The notes: generated from the letters alone by a model not told the origin. Positions 1 through 8,534 are shown, counted from the first letter of the stretch. The stretch: DNA of 44,474 nucleotides from a virus (IMGVR_UViG_3300019937_000002:1-44474), one strand, 5' to 3'. A program made the numbers and translations.

Positions 1-5
1 GTTAA

Positions 6-185
6 TTGTCTTATCAAATTATTGATTCATACACCAGTAAAGTACTGGGTACATATGAAACAGAAGCGCAAGCAGTTCGTGCTGAATCACACCTTGTCCA
101 TGAACCTAACGAAACACGTTACGAGATTAAAACACCAGTAAAAGCTAAGAAAACAAAAGCTAATGACAAAGAAGAAAGCAACTGA
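6..185 (+). CDS. Small hypothetical protein (TTG start, MSYQIIDSY...KANDKEESN), allele of 43740-43916
   Basis: Translated by hand, 59 aa. Its stop overlaps the terS start and it is present in both terminal copies. Confidence 0.55.
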   Translation: MSYQIIDSYTSKVLGTYETEAQAVRAESHLVHEPNETRYEIKTPVKAKKTKANDKEESN

Positions 186-411
186 AGACCAATTTAATGA
201 GTTGCATAATCTTGTCACAAAGGAATTCCTTGCCCGTATTAAATCGGGTGAGGCTTCCACACAAGACTTAAAAGCAGCTTGTGATTGGTTAGCTAAAAAT
301 GATATTAGTGGTGTCGCTTTTGAAGGTAGCCCACTAGATAAGCTAGTTAGTATTATGCCAACTGTTGACCCTGAACTTGTACAACGGAGACTTTATGGTA
401 CGAAAGTCTAG
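163..411 (+). CDS. terS: Terminase small subunit (T7 gp18-like)
   Basis: ATEDQFNELH...GEASTQDLKAACDWL.KNDI motif typical of podovirus DNA maturase A; lies upstream of terL. Confidence 0.8.
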   Translation: MTKKKATEDQFNELHNLVTKEFLARIKSGEASTQDLKAACDWLAKNDISGVAFEGSPLDKLVSIMPTVDPELVQRRLYGTKV

Positions 412-631
412 TTATAGCGGTGCTAAATACGCTAATGGTAACTATAAATCATATCAAAAGGAATATGATTCAAGTTCATTACAGATCTCTAAACGGTCTG
501 CATTAAATAAAGAAAACCGTAAACGTGGTACTTACGGTAACGGTGATGGCAAGGATGTATCCCACAGAAAAAATGGAAAGACATTCCTCGAAGCAGCATC
601 AAAAAACAGAGCACGTAAAGGACGCGCATGA
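395..631 (+). CDS. Small basic phage protein with HNH-like GDGKDVSH motif
   Basis: ORF track 365..631; ATG at 395 preferred; GDGKDVSHRK...NRAR motif. Confidence 0.6.
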   Translation: MVRKSSYSGAKYANGNYKSYQKEYDSSSLQISKRSALNKENRKRGTYGNGDGKDVSHRKNGKTFLEAASKNRARKGRA

Positions 632-957
632 CCCCACTACTTCCTACCCCTAACGATTACCTATTTAACTTGATAGCTATGACTTCTTCCGACGCCAAAA
701 GACTTTGGAGAACATCTATTAAGGAACACTTTGACCATACTTGTATCTATTGCGGAAAAACTTATGACCTTAGTCAATTATCTATCGATCATGTTCATCC
801 TCGCGCTCGTGGCGGAGAGGATGTCGCAACAAATGTTGTATGCGCCTGTACCAGATGTAATCAGGATAAAGGAAGTACACCCGTCCTCTCGTGGATGAGG
901 GATAAATTTGGAGTTAATAGACTCCGTGAAAAACTAATTATGGAGTATATTAATTAA
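628..957 (+). CDS. HNH endonuclease
   Basis: CIYCG...IDHVHPRARGGED...NVVCACTRCNQDKG. Confidence 0.9.
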   Translation: MTPLLPTPNDYLFNLIAMTSSDAKRLWRTSIKEHFDHTCIYCGKTYDLSQLSIDHVHPRARGGEDVATNVVCACTRCNQDKGSTPVLSWMRDKFGVNRLREKLIMEYIN

Positions 958-959
958 TT

Positions 960-1751
960 ATGCCAAACGCTAGTGTTGCAGGAGTGCCACCTGAAATTAT
1001 TCAAGAATGGACTGCTGACTTTAAAAAACTAAAAGCTGAAGCCAAAGCAAAAGGTATAAAAAAATTACCAGCTGGATCACTTCAACATACATATAACGGA
1101 GTAACTTATACAGGCAAATTGTCTGGTAAGAATTCAGTATCTTGGCCTCAGGCTAGTTATGAAGCTCAAGTAGAAGGAGCACGTTCCCGAAAAGGTGAAC
1201 AACAAAAAATTAAATTATCATCTATTGAAAATATGATGGTTGATAATTATTACGAAGAGGCGCAGAGACGTGGATTACACGTTGATCATCGTATTCCTAT
1301 TTCTGCAGGTGGTCCTTCTAATGCACCTTGGAATATAGGGTTGATGCAACCTAAAGAAAATCTACGTAAAGGTGACTTACAAGGTAATGATTATATCTAT
1401 GAACCTTTTTTACAATCTGGTGGTAGTGCTAAGTTAAACGTAAACGCTATCATGACACGGGCTAACATGCCTGCTCTTGGTGGTTTTCAACAACAAGAAA
1501 TAACTCCTACAATCTTACCTGGTGGTAGCTCTTATACACCACCTAAGTTGCAACCTTCTCAACCTGTTCAACTACCAGAAACACCTGTTACACCTAAAGT
1601 GCAAATGGCACCGACTGTTATGGAAAGTATATCAGAAGGAGTAGAAACAGCTACACCTTATGTAGTTGGTGCAGGTGCAGCAGTATTAGGAGTTGGTTTA
1701 AATATATTAAAAGGTGGTGCTAGTTTGTTATTTAACGCTCCTGGCCCCTAG
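960..1751 (+). CDS. HNH-domain protein with Pro-rich linker and hydrophobic C-terminus
   Basis: HVDHRIPISAGG...WNIGLM...ENLRKG, then a P/Q/T-rich stretch and VVGAGAAVLGVGLNILKGG. Confidence 0.7.
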   Translation: MPNASVAGVPPEIIQEWTADFKKLKAEAKAKGIKKLPAGSLQHTYNGVTYTGKLSGKNSVSWPQASYEAQVEGARSRKGEQQKIKLSSIENMMVDNYYEEAQRRGLHVDHRIPISAGGPSNAPWNIGLMQPKENLRKGDLQGNDYIYEPFLQSGGSAKLNVNAIMTRANMPALGGFQQQEITPTILPGGSSYTPPKLQPSQPVQLPETPVTPKVQMAPTVMESISEGVETATPYVVGAGAAVLGVGLNILKGGASLLFNAPGP

Positions 1752-1802
1752 AAGCCTCTACAAGCCCTCCTAACCCCCTACACGCTAACTATACAATTAT
1801 AC

Positions 1803-2138
1803 ATGGACCCAACTAAAAATTGGGCTTACGTAGACTTTTATTATGCTGATTTACATCTACCTGCAATAAGTGGTATTTATGCAGTATTTGCTGCAAGATG
1901 TGGAAGAGATATATGTATTTACGTGGGTCAATCAAAAAATTTAAAAGAACGATGGCGACAACACCATAAAGCACTTGCTTGTTTGAGAGAAGGTGGTGAT
2001 TTTATCCGGTACATGCCAATCCCAATAGAACAATTAAATGACAAAGAACAAGAATTCATCAACTACTTTGAGCCAGCCCTCAACATTAAATCTACTACAG
2101 GACGACTTCAAGCTATTCCTACAAGCATTATGGAGTGA
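1803..2138 (+). CDS. GIY-YIG endonuclease
   Basis: SGIYAV...IYVGQSKNLKERWRQH...E..FI....P.LN. Confidence 0.85.
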   Translation: MDPTKNWAYVDFYYADLHLPAISGIYAVFAARCGRDICIYVGQSKNLKERWRQHHKALACLREGGDFIRYMPIPIEQLNDKEQEFINYFEPALNIKSTTGRLQAIPTSIME

Positions 2139-3807
2139 ACTAGATCTACCAAACCCTACACGTGCTCAATATGCAATTGCTGATTACCTTCAACATGGTC
2201 CAAAGCGTTTACAGATCCAAGCATTTAGGGGAGTTGGTAAGAGCTGGATTACTGGTGCTTTTGTTCTTTGGACTTTATTTAATGACCCCGAAAAGAAAAT
2301 AATGATTATATCTGCTTCTAAAGAACGAGCAGATAACATGTCAATCTTCCTACAGAAATTAATCATTGAAACACCCTGGTTGGCTCATTTGCGCCCTAAA
2401 TCTGATGACTCCCGTTGGAGTCGTATCTCATTTGATGTGGCTTGCTCCCCTCACCAAGCTCCTTCTGTTAAATCAGTCGGTATTACTGGTCAGCTTACCG
2501 GTAGTCGTGCTGACCTGATGATCCTGGACGATATTGAAGTACCAGGTAACAGTATGACAGAATTTATGAGGGAAAAACTTCTACAATTATGTACAGAAGC
2601 TGAATCTATCCTTACTCCTAAACCAGATTCACGTATCATGTTTCTTGGTACACCTCAGACAACATTTACTGTCTATCGTAAGCTAGCTGAGAGAGCCTAC
2701 AAGCCCTTTGTTTGGCCTGCTAGGTATCCTAGGAAGGTTTCACAATACGAGGGCCTTCTAGCGCCTCAGCTAGTCGAAGATATTGATGGTGGTGCTGAAC
2801 AATGGGAAGTAACTGATGATAGATTTGATAATGAAGACCTGATTGAACGTGAAGCGTCAATGGGTCGTAGCAACTTTATGTTGCAGTTCATGTTAGATAC
2901 GAGTTTATCCGATGCTGAAAAGTTTCCTCTTAAATGCTCTGACCTTATCGTCACTAGCGTTAACCCCTCTACTGCTCCCGAATCCATTGTTTGGTGCTCC
3001 GATCCACAAAACGTTATCAAAGACCTCCCCACTGTTGGACTCCCTGGAGACTATTTCTACTCTCCAATGCAGTTACAAGGAACATGGGATCCTTACCAAG
3101 AAACAATCTGCAGTGTTGATCCGTCGGGTCGTGGCTCGGATGAAACAGCAGCAGCTTATATCTCCCAACGCAACGGTTTCCTGTACTTGCACGACATGCG
3201 TGCTTACCGAGACGGATACTCCGACAATACATTACTTGATATTCTAAAAGGTTGTAAAAAATATGGCGTTACTAAACTTCTAATTGAAACTAATTTTGGT
3301 GACGGTATTGTATCTGAATTGTTTAAAAAACATATGGCGCAAACTAAACAAGGTATAGATATTGAAGAAGTTCGGGCAAATGTTAGAAAAGAAGATCGAA
3401 TTATTGATTCCCTTGAACCTGTCCTTAATCAACATCGACTTGTTATTGATCGTTCTGTAATTGAATGGGACTTTAAATCTAACCCACAAGCTGCACCTGA
3501 AGAACGTTTGTTATACATGTTATTTTATCAAATGTCTAGGATGTGTCGTGAAAAAGGTGCAATTAGACACGACGATAGAATAGATGCGTTAGCTCAAGGT
3601 GTACAATATTATACAGATGCTCTTGGTATCTCTGCCCTTGAGGCTATTAAAAATCGTAAACGTGATGAGTGGAATTCAATGATTGAAGAGATGATTGATG
3701 ACCCTCAAGCCTCTGCTAATCATCTCGTTATGGGTATGAATTTAGAACAACGACAACAAGCTAAAGGTAATTCTAAAAACTCAATACCTACCTGGGTGTC
3801 GCGCTAG
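2038..3807 (+). CDS. terL: Terminase large subunit (T7 gp19-like)
   Basis: Walker A AFRGVGKSW, Walker B LMILDDIE, nuclease motifs SVDPSGRGSDET and HDDRIDAL. Confidence 0.97.
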   Translation: MTKNKNSSTTLSQPSTLNLLQDDFKLFLQALWSELDLPNPTRAQYAIADYLQHGPKRLQIQAFRGVGKSWITGAFVLWTLFNDPEKKIMIISASKERADNMSIFLQKLIIETPWLAHLRPKSDDSRWSRISFDVACSPHQAPSVKSVGITGQLTGSRADLMILDDIEVPGNSMTEFMREKLLQLCTEAESILTPKPDSRIMFLGTPQTTFTVYRKLAERAYKPFVWPARYPRKVSQYEGLLAPQLVEDIDGGAEQWEVTDDRFDNEDLIEREASMGRSNFMLQFMLDTSLSDAEKFPLKCSDLIVTSVNPSTAPESIVWCSDPQNVIKDLPTVGLPGDYFYSPMQLQGTWDPYQETICSVDPSGRGSDETAAAYISQRNGFLYLHDMRAYRDGYSDNTLLDILKGCKKYGVTKLLIETNFGDGIVSELFKKHMAQTKQGIDIEEVRANVRKEDRIIDSLEPVLNQHRLVIDRSVIEWDFKSNPQAAPEERLLYMLFYQMSRMCREKGAIRHDDRIDALAQGVQYYTDALGISALEAIKNRKRDEWNSMIEEMIDDPQASANHLVMGMNLEQRQQAKGNSKNSIPTWVSR

Positions 3808-3862
3808 CGCACCACTGGGTTTAAGTTAAGCAAGATGCCAGTCGTAGCCTGGACTCTCGCGG

Positions 3863-3881
3863 TCCGACCCGTATAGGGGGG
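3863..3881 (+). promoter_or_regulatory. Putative phage RNA polymerase promoter TCCGACCCGTATA^GGGGGG
   Basis: The 13-mer is repeated exactly at 9524-9536. It resembles T7 CGACTCACTATAGGG and the Syn5 core CACCCGTAA. Confidence 0.6.
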
Positions 3882-4133
3882 AAGGGAAGGGTGGACCCGA
3901 CTCTCCGAAAAGGGAGGAATTCGAGACCAAGCTCTCATTCCTCCTTTATCTAATGAAGCGTGAGGAGGATCCAAAGACACAAAGACAAACATCTCCCTCT
4001 TCTTCATTCTTTATAAACACCTCCTTTAATATTATATTTTAATATTATATTTAATCTTTTGATGAATCCCGTGAGAACTTATTAAACTTCAAAGACCAAA
4101 CTTTATTAATCCCACCACAACTTATACTACTGT

Positions 4134-4817
4134 ATGCATAACGTAGAACTTGTTCATGTAACACCTGATGCTGAACAATTGATAGCTTATATGGCTAGAG
4201 TATCTAACCCAGATAATCAAGATAATCCTGATTGTATTAAATTAATTAAATATCTTATTAAACATAATCATTGGTCACCCTTTGAAATGGTTAATATGTG
4301 TGTACAGATTGACACTACCAGAAGTGTTGCTAGTCAAATCTTAAGACATAGATCTTTTAGTTTTCAAGAATTTAGTCAAAGGTACGCTCAAGTCGTTAAC
4401 ACGCCATCACTTCCTAACTTTAGACGTCAAGATACAACAAATAGACAAAATAGTATTGATGATCTTAATGAATATACTCAACAAGAATTTCAAATACGTA
4501 CTCAAGACTTATTTGATCAATCCCTTAAGCTTTATAACGAAATGTTAGCCGCTGGTGTCGCTAAAGAATGTGCAAGAGATGTCCTACCACTCTCTACACC
4601 TACTAAACTTTATATGAACGGTACTCTACGCTCTTGGTTGCATTATACTGCGCTAAGATGCGCTAACGGGACTCAACTTGAACATCAATTGATTGCAACT
4701 GGCGTTCAGGGGTTGATTAGAACTAATTTTCCTCTTGTAGCAGAAGCAATGTGGCCGACCCGAGTGAGTGAAGGGCACAACGAAGGAGTGAGCGTAGCGA
4801 ACGAGTGGGTTGGATAA
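4134..4817 (+). CDS. thyX: FAD-dependent thymidylate synthase
   Basis: HWSPFE, QILRHRSFSFQEFSQRY ThyX motif, KECARDVLP. Confidence 0.97.
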   Translation: MHNVELVHVTPDAEQLIAYMARVSNPDNQDNPDCIKLIKYLIKHNHWSPFEMVNMCVQIDTTRSVASQILRHRSFSFQEFSQRYAQVVNTPSLPNFRRQDTTNRQNSIDDLNEYTQQEFQIRTQDLFDQSLKLYNEMLAAGVAKECARDVLPLSTPTKLYMNGTLRSWLHYTALRCANGTQLEHQLIATGVQGLIRTNFPLVAEAMWPTRVSEGHNEGVSVANEWVG

Positions 4818-4962
4818 CCTCGTAAAAAAATGACAAAAATGTTTCAGCACTAGTTTTTAATAAGAATTAACAATTAATCCCCCATAGGGGTATAAAGAAT
4901 TAGAAATTAATAACAATAAATAGTATAAACAATTAATTAGCTCCGTTCGCTACGCTCACTCC
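4785..4962. repeat. Perfect 19-bp inverted repeat flanking an AT-rich spacer
   Basis: GGAGTGAGCGTAGCGAACG (4785-4803) and CGTTCGCTACGCTCACTCC (4944-4962). Confidence 0.9.
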
Positions 4963-5270
4963 GCCCGCACGATTGCCCATGTAAAATATTATTGTGCTGT
5001 GGTAATCATGCGGGGAAAGCGAGCGCGTAGCGCGAGCGGGTTAATGTTAGATAGCGACAGGATTACACGATCTATGTGTTACGATACGAATTCGTATCAG
5101 TATCAATTAACGATAACGATAATGATTCTCAAAACATCTGTCTGGCCTTTGCTAAGTAACACTAACTCGTTACGTGTTAGCGTCATTAACGTGCGTTAAT
5201 CGTGTGACATAAGTATATCTGATTGGATCGTGAGTTATGATGAGTTCATTGAAATTGGTGTAATAAGGGG

Positions 5271-5299
5271 TTGACTATTCTTTGAGGATGTGCTATATT
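5271..5299 (+). promoter_or_regulatory. Host sigma70-type early promoter
   Basis: TTGACT-N17-TATATT with extended -10 TG, directly upstream of the first early gene. Confidence 0.75.
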
Positions 5300-5326
5300 G
5301 TATTCATACAAACAAAGGGAGAGCAC

Positions 5327-5563
5327 ATGCGAACAGAGTATACACTACCGACTGAACTTGCGAGCGGTTTAATTAACAATGATTGGAGTATACTAGATTA
5401 CATCAACGATGAGGAGTACAGTAAGATTATTGATCAGTTCTTAGCTGATAACGAAGGTTTATTTTGTTATGAAGTAAAGGATGATAATCGTTTTGAAAAG
5501 TATCATGATCTTATTGATTATGGTGTCTTGGCATGTGATTGTTCAACGTTTATCTTCAACTAA
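5327..5563 (+). CDS. Early hypothetical protein
   Basis: ATG at 5327 after an AAGGGAGAG SD; acidic; YTLPTELASGLIN. Confidence 0.65.
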   Translation: MRTEYTLPTELASGLINNDWSILDYINDEEYSKIIDQFLADNEGLFCYEVKDDNRFEKYHDLIDYGVLACDCSTFIFN

Positions 5564-5564
5564 T

Positions 5565-5753
5565 ATGAAACTCAAAGAAGTCACATTCACGCTCAACGAC
5601 AAACCTAGTGGTGTCTCACGCCACCTTATGAAGACATTGTTATGGTGTAACAAAGTGCCAAAGGGTAAGCGTAACAAACCAAGTAAGATTAACGGTATTC
5701 AACATCATGAAATAAGTGGTTCGACAGAACACACATACCATCAACCACTATGA
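5565..5753 (+). CDS. Early hypothetical basic protein
   Basis: ATG at 5565 adjoins the previous stop; part of track ORF 5481..5753. Confidence 0.5.
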   Translation: MKLKEVTFTLNDKPSGVSRHLMKTLLWCNKVPKGKRNKPSKINGIQHHEISGSTEHTYHQPL

Positions 5754-5812
5754 ACCAATGTTACAACGTGAGTCGTCACTCGTGTGACACTCGCAACTCT
5801 GTCCACTACTGC

Positions 5813-5841
5813 TTGACTTCCTCTCCTTCATCTGCTATCAT
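5813..5841 (+). promoter_or_regulatory. Second host sigma70-type early promoter
   Basis: TTGACT-N17-TATCAT with extended -10 TG. Confidence 0.7.
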
Positions 5842-5847
5842 TAATTC

Positions 5848-6156
5848 ATGCAAACACTTCCAACTGACTATGGCGACGAAGTCGTCACCTATTCACACCA
5901 ACAGCTTGTCGATGCTTTGCAAGCTGAGTACATCCAACTCATGCATGACGTTGAGCCAACTGACGATGACTTCACATTAGATGAGCATCTTGACTATCTT
6001 AACGCTATGACTCATGCTGAGCTTATAGTTGAGACTGGCACAGACGAAGAGAATCCTTTGTCTGAGTTTATGTACGCTTACAGCGATTCATCTGACAACG
6101 CCATGCATCACGACTTCGACTCTAACTCAATTCTTTCAGAGATTGCACGCTATTGA
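5848..6156 (+). CDS. Highly acidic early protein
   Basis: 102 aa, very D/E-rich with almost no K/R. Confidence 0.65.
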   Translation: MQTLPTDYGDEVVTYSHQQLVDALQAEYIQLMHDVEPTDDDFTLDEHLDYLNAMTHAELIVETGTDEENPLSEFMYAYSDSSDNAMHHDFDSNSILSEIARY

Positions 6157-6255
6157 TGTTTACCTCTAGCCATTTGTTTGGTTAGATGTAGACTTCACGT
6201 CTACCATTAGTGCACGCACTGCGTGCGCACTATTCACCCTTTATTTCACATACAC

Positions 6256-6507
6256 ATGTTCACATATCAATCATCTTCATTCATCAGCTACATTCGCACA
6301 AATGTACTTCGTGGTACGTGTGATGTACAATTCAAAGATGGTAAGTTCTACACATATTACAATGTATCACGTCGTGCATTGCTTAACCTTGAGTTGAACA
6401 AATCTATGTCTCTTGGATTCTGGTTCAATCGTAACTGTGTTAACAGTAACGCAACTCATTCACTTGTGTTTAATCTTAACAAAGACTACGTGTTTGCTAC
6501 TGTCTGA
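6256..6507 (+). CDS. KTSC-like domain protein
   Basis: SSFI...VQFKDGKFYTYYNVS...SLGFWFN pattern. Confidence 0.6.
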   Translation: MFTYQSSSFISYIRTNVLRGTCDVQFKDGKFYTYYNVSRRALLNLELNKSMSLGFWFNRNCVNSNATHSLVFNLNKDYVFATV

Positions 6508-6576
6508 GTTTAACTTTTTTCAACTAACTATGGGTTCGTTCTACGAACTCACCTATTCATTCACCCAATTATTACC

Positions 6577-6801
6577 ATGTTTTTCAAGCCTAACACCATC
6601 GAATCTTCCACTGTTCGTAACATCCTTTTGAATCCATCTACCAATCAAGTGATGGTACAATTCAAGAATAATGCTAAGACATATCTTTATGATAATGTTA
6701 GCGAGGAAGCAATCATTGATGTCTTCTTTGGAGAGATCACATCATTCGGTAAGTTTGTTAATGCTTACTGCAAGGGTAATCTAACTACAGTCGTCGGCTA
6801 A
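6577..6801 (+). CDS. KTSC-like domain protein (paralogue)
   Basis: SSTV...VQFKNNAKTYLYDNVS...SFGKFVN pattern. Confidence 0.6.
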   Translation: MFFKPNTIESSTVRNILLNPSTNQVMVQFKNNAKTYLYDNVSEEAIIDVFFGEITSFGKFVNAYCKGNLTTVVG

Positions 6802-6860
6802 TGCTTCACTAACGTTCAGCTGATTTATTGTCTTTAATTAAACAACACATTCACAACACT

Positions 6861-7196
6861 ATGACAACTACTACTTTGACTGACATGCAACAACGCGTAA
6901 GCGAGTTGTTTAACATCGACAGCGTGTCTAAAGTTGACACTATCATCCAAGAACTTGAAGGGTATGGTATTAATACTGAGGAGAACTTAGATGATGCCTA
7001 CTCTGGTTGTTATCGTGACGAGTCAACATTCTGTGAGGACTTGTTAAGTGATGTCTACGCTGAACAGATTGAAGCAATGCCAGTATTTCTACAGACTGCA
7101 ATCGATTGGGAAATGGTATGGCATCAAACAATGCAATATGATTACTTTGCAATCTATCACGATAGTGAATACTATTTCTTCAATCGTAACTTTTAG
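6861..7196 (+). CDS. ArdA-like antirestriction protein (C-terminal domain type)
   Basis: DAYSGCYRDESTFCEDLL...MPVFLQTAIDWE...DY; acidic. Confidence 0.6.
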   Translation: MTTTTLTDMQQRVSELFNIDSVSKVDTIIQELEGYGINTEENLDDAYSGCYRDESTFCEDLLSDVYAEQIEAMPVFLQTAIDWEMVWHQTMQYDYFAIYHDSEYYFFNRNF

Positions 7197-7476
7197 TGTT
7201 AGTTATTACTAACTTACTGTGGTTTGTTTACAAACAACCCTAATTAATTATTATTATTAACTAATCGTAATCCCTCAGTATTACTAATACAAATACTGGG
7301 GGAATTTCACATACACAACACATTCATCAAGGACGCAGTTTTGCTTGAACTTCATTTAGTATACGCTTATGAGCGTTACTTATCGGACCACGATCCAACA
7401 CCATTACATGGTGGTGACGATTATGTAGAACCAATGAGTTTTGAAGACTTTAAAGAGGAGTATTACTATGTTAACG

Positions 7477-7620
7477 ATGCCTACTGAAACCACATCCATT
7501 GAAGAACTAGAACATCTAGTCACAACATCACAAAAAGAATCAGTTCTTTCTTGGGTGTTTGATAATCTAGATTATTCAATTTATGAACACCTTTGTTTTA
7601 TTACTGGAGATGCTGACTAA
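7477..7620 (+). CDS. Small hypothetical protein (47 aa, MPTETTSIEE...)
   Basis: Hand translation; GAGGAG upstream; TAATG coupling to the next ORF. Confidence 0.5.
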   Translation: MPTETTSIEELEHLVTTSQKESVLSWVFDNLDYSIYEHLCFITGDAD

Positions 7621-7736
7621 TGCCAACTGAAACCACTATCATCCTAGCTGTTGTCGGCATGTTAGGCTTATTTGCCACGGCAACAGTATTTCAACGTTCC
7701 AATCGTATCACCTCACGCTACTACGGTAAGAAGTAA
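7620..7736 (+). CDS. Small membrane protein (38 aa, MPTETTIILAVVGMLGLF...)
   Basis: Hand translation; GGAG SD; single hydrophobic helix; TAATG coupling at both ends. Confidence 0.55.
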   Translation: MPTETTIILAVVGMLGLFATATVFQRSNRITSRYYGKK

Positions 7737-7894
7737 TGACACATGATACACACCCAAGCACACGTCCTACAAGCACTCCACATGCCCCTACAGCAGGCTT
7801 TCAAACGCTGTGGGTACAAAGACAACTAAAGAAGCTTAAAGAGCGTACAGAGGCTCTGAAGGCACAGTACATTAAACCCGACGACATCATCTAA
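7736..7894 (+). CDS. Small hypothetical protein (52 aa)
   Basis: Hand translation; translationally coupled; fills the gap to the next ORF. Confidence 0.45.
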   Translation: MTHDTHPSTRPTSTPHAPTAGFQTLWVQRQLKKLKERTEALKAQYIKPDDII

Positions 7895-7896
7895 TT

Positions 7897-8088
7897 ATGC
7901 AATCTAAATCATTTGATGATGATTACTTCATCAAAAATGCTATCTTATGTTTTCTTCATCACTATCCTAATCATAAATGGACTGCAATTTATGAAGAGTT
8001 AGCTAAACGTGACACATTCATCAAGGACGCAGTTCCCACTAAACCACGCACACGTTCCAAAACAAATGCTAAAAAGACAGACGATTAA
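7897..8088 (+). CDS. Hypothetical protein
   Basis: ORF track; tight packing. Confidence 0.55.
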   Translation: MQSKSFDDDYFIKNAILCFLHHYPNHKWTAIYEELAKRDTFIKDAVPTKPRTRSKTNAKKTDD

Positions 8089-8230
8089 AACTTGGCGTTA
8101 CACCACAACAGATGGTCAGGTGCAATGGTTATTAGCACCCGATTCAGAGCACGCTATATGGGCTGCTGCTGAATTGTCCGGCGGCTCTGAATACTTAAAG
8201 GATGTTTATTTGGACAATGATGAGTGGTAA
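8066..8230 (+). CDS. Hypothetical protein
   Basis: ATG at 8066 within track ORF 8009..8230. Confidence 0.5.
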   Translation: MLKRQTIKTWRYTTTDGQVQWLLAPDSEHAIWAAAELSGGSEYLKDVYLDNDEW

Positions 8231-8534
8231 AAAACCTTACTATCCTAACAACTGGAAACAATGGAAAGAAGTTCCTGATGAATTTCTTTATGCCCCAACC
8301 TTTGAAGAGTTTGCTGAGTGGAAACTTAGTGGTTGGGAGTTACCTAGTTCAATATGTTGTATGATACGAGAGACAACATCTAAAGGTAAGATCAAAGAGT
8401 ATGTCTATCAAAAACAACATGCTGCTGAGAATAAGATCAGCAAACTAATGAAGAGCGGCAACGAGTTTGTTGTCTGCACTGACGCACAACTACACTACTT
8501 TATTTCACCCAACAATGAGCTTGATTACGATTGA
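8220..8534 (+). CDS. Conserved-looking cyanopodophage protein (KKPYYPNNW)
   Basis: ORF just upstream of RNAP; YYPNNW...WELPSSI motif. Confidence 0.65.
   Translation: MSGKKPYYPNNWKQWKEVPDEFLYAPTFEEFAEWKLSGWELPSSICCMIRETTSKGKIKEYVYQKQHAAENKISKLMKSGNEFVVCTDAQLHYFISPNNELDYD

Larger units (their letters stand above)
1..418. repeat. Terminal overlap with 43735-44474 (circular permutation); allele lacking the endonuclease VII insertion
   Basis: 1-127 is identical to 43735-43861 and 307-418 is identical to 44363-44474. The middle diverges and the end copy carries an extra gene. Confidence 0.95.

Noticed and set aside
1-418. Window-end repeat as the phage's physical direct terminal repeat
   Set aside because: It lies in mid-late genes, the copies differ by a gene insertion, and the exact 127-bp overlap suggests assembly circularity. 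True ends are more likely near 4800-5270.
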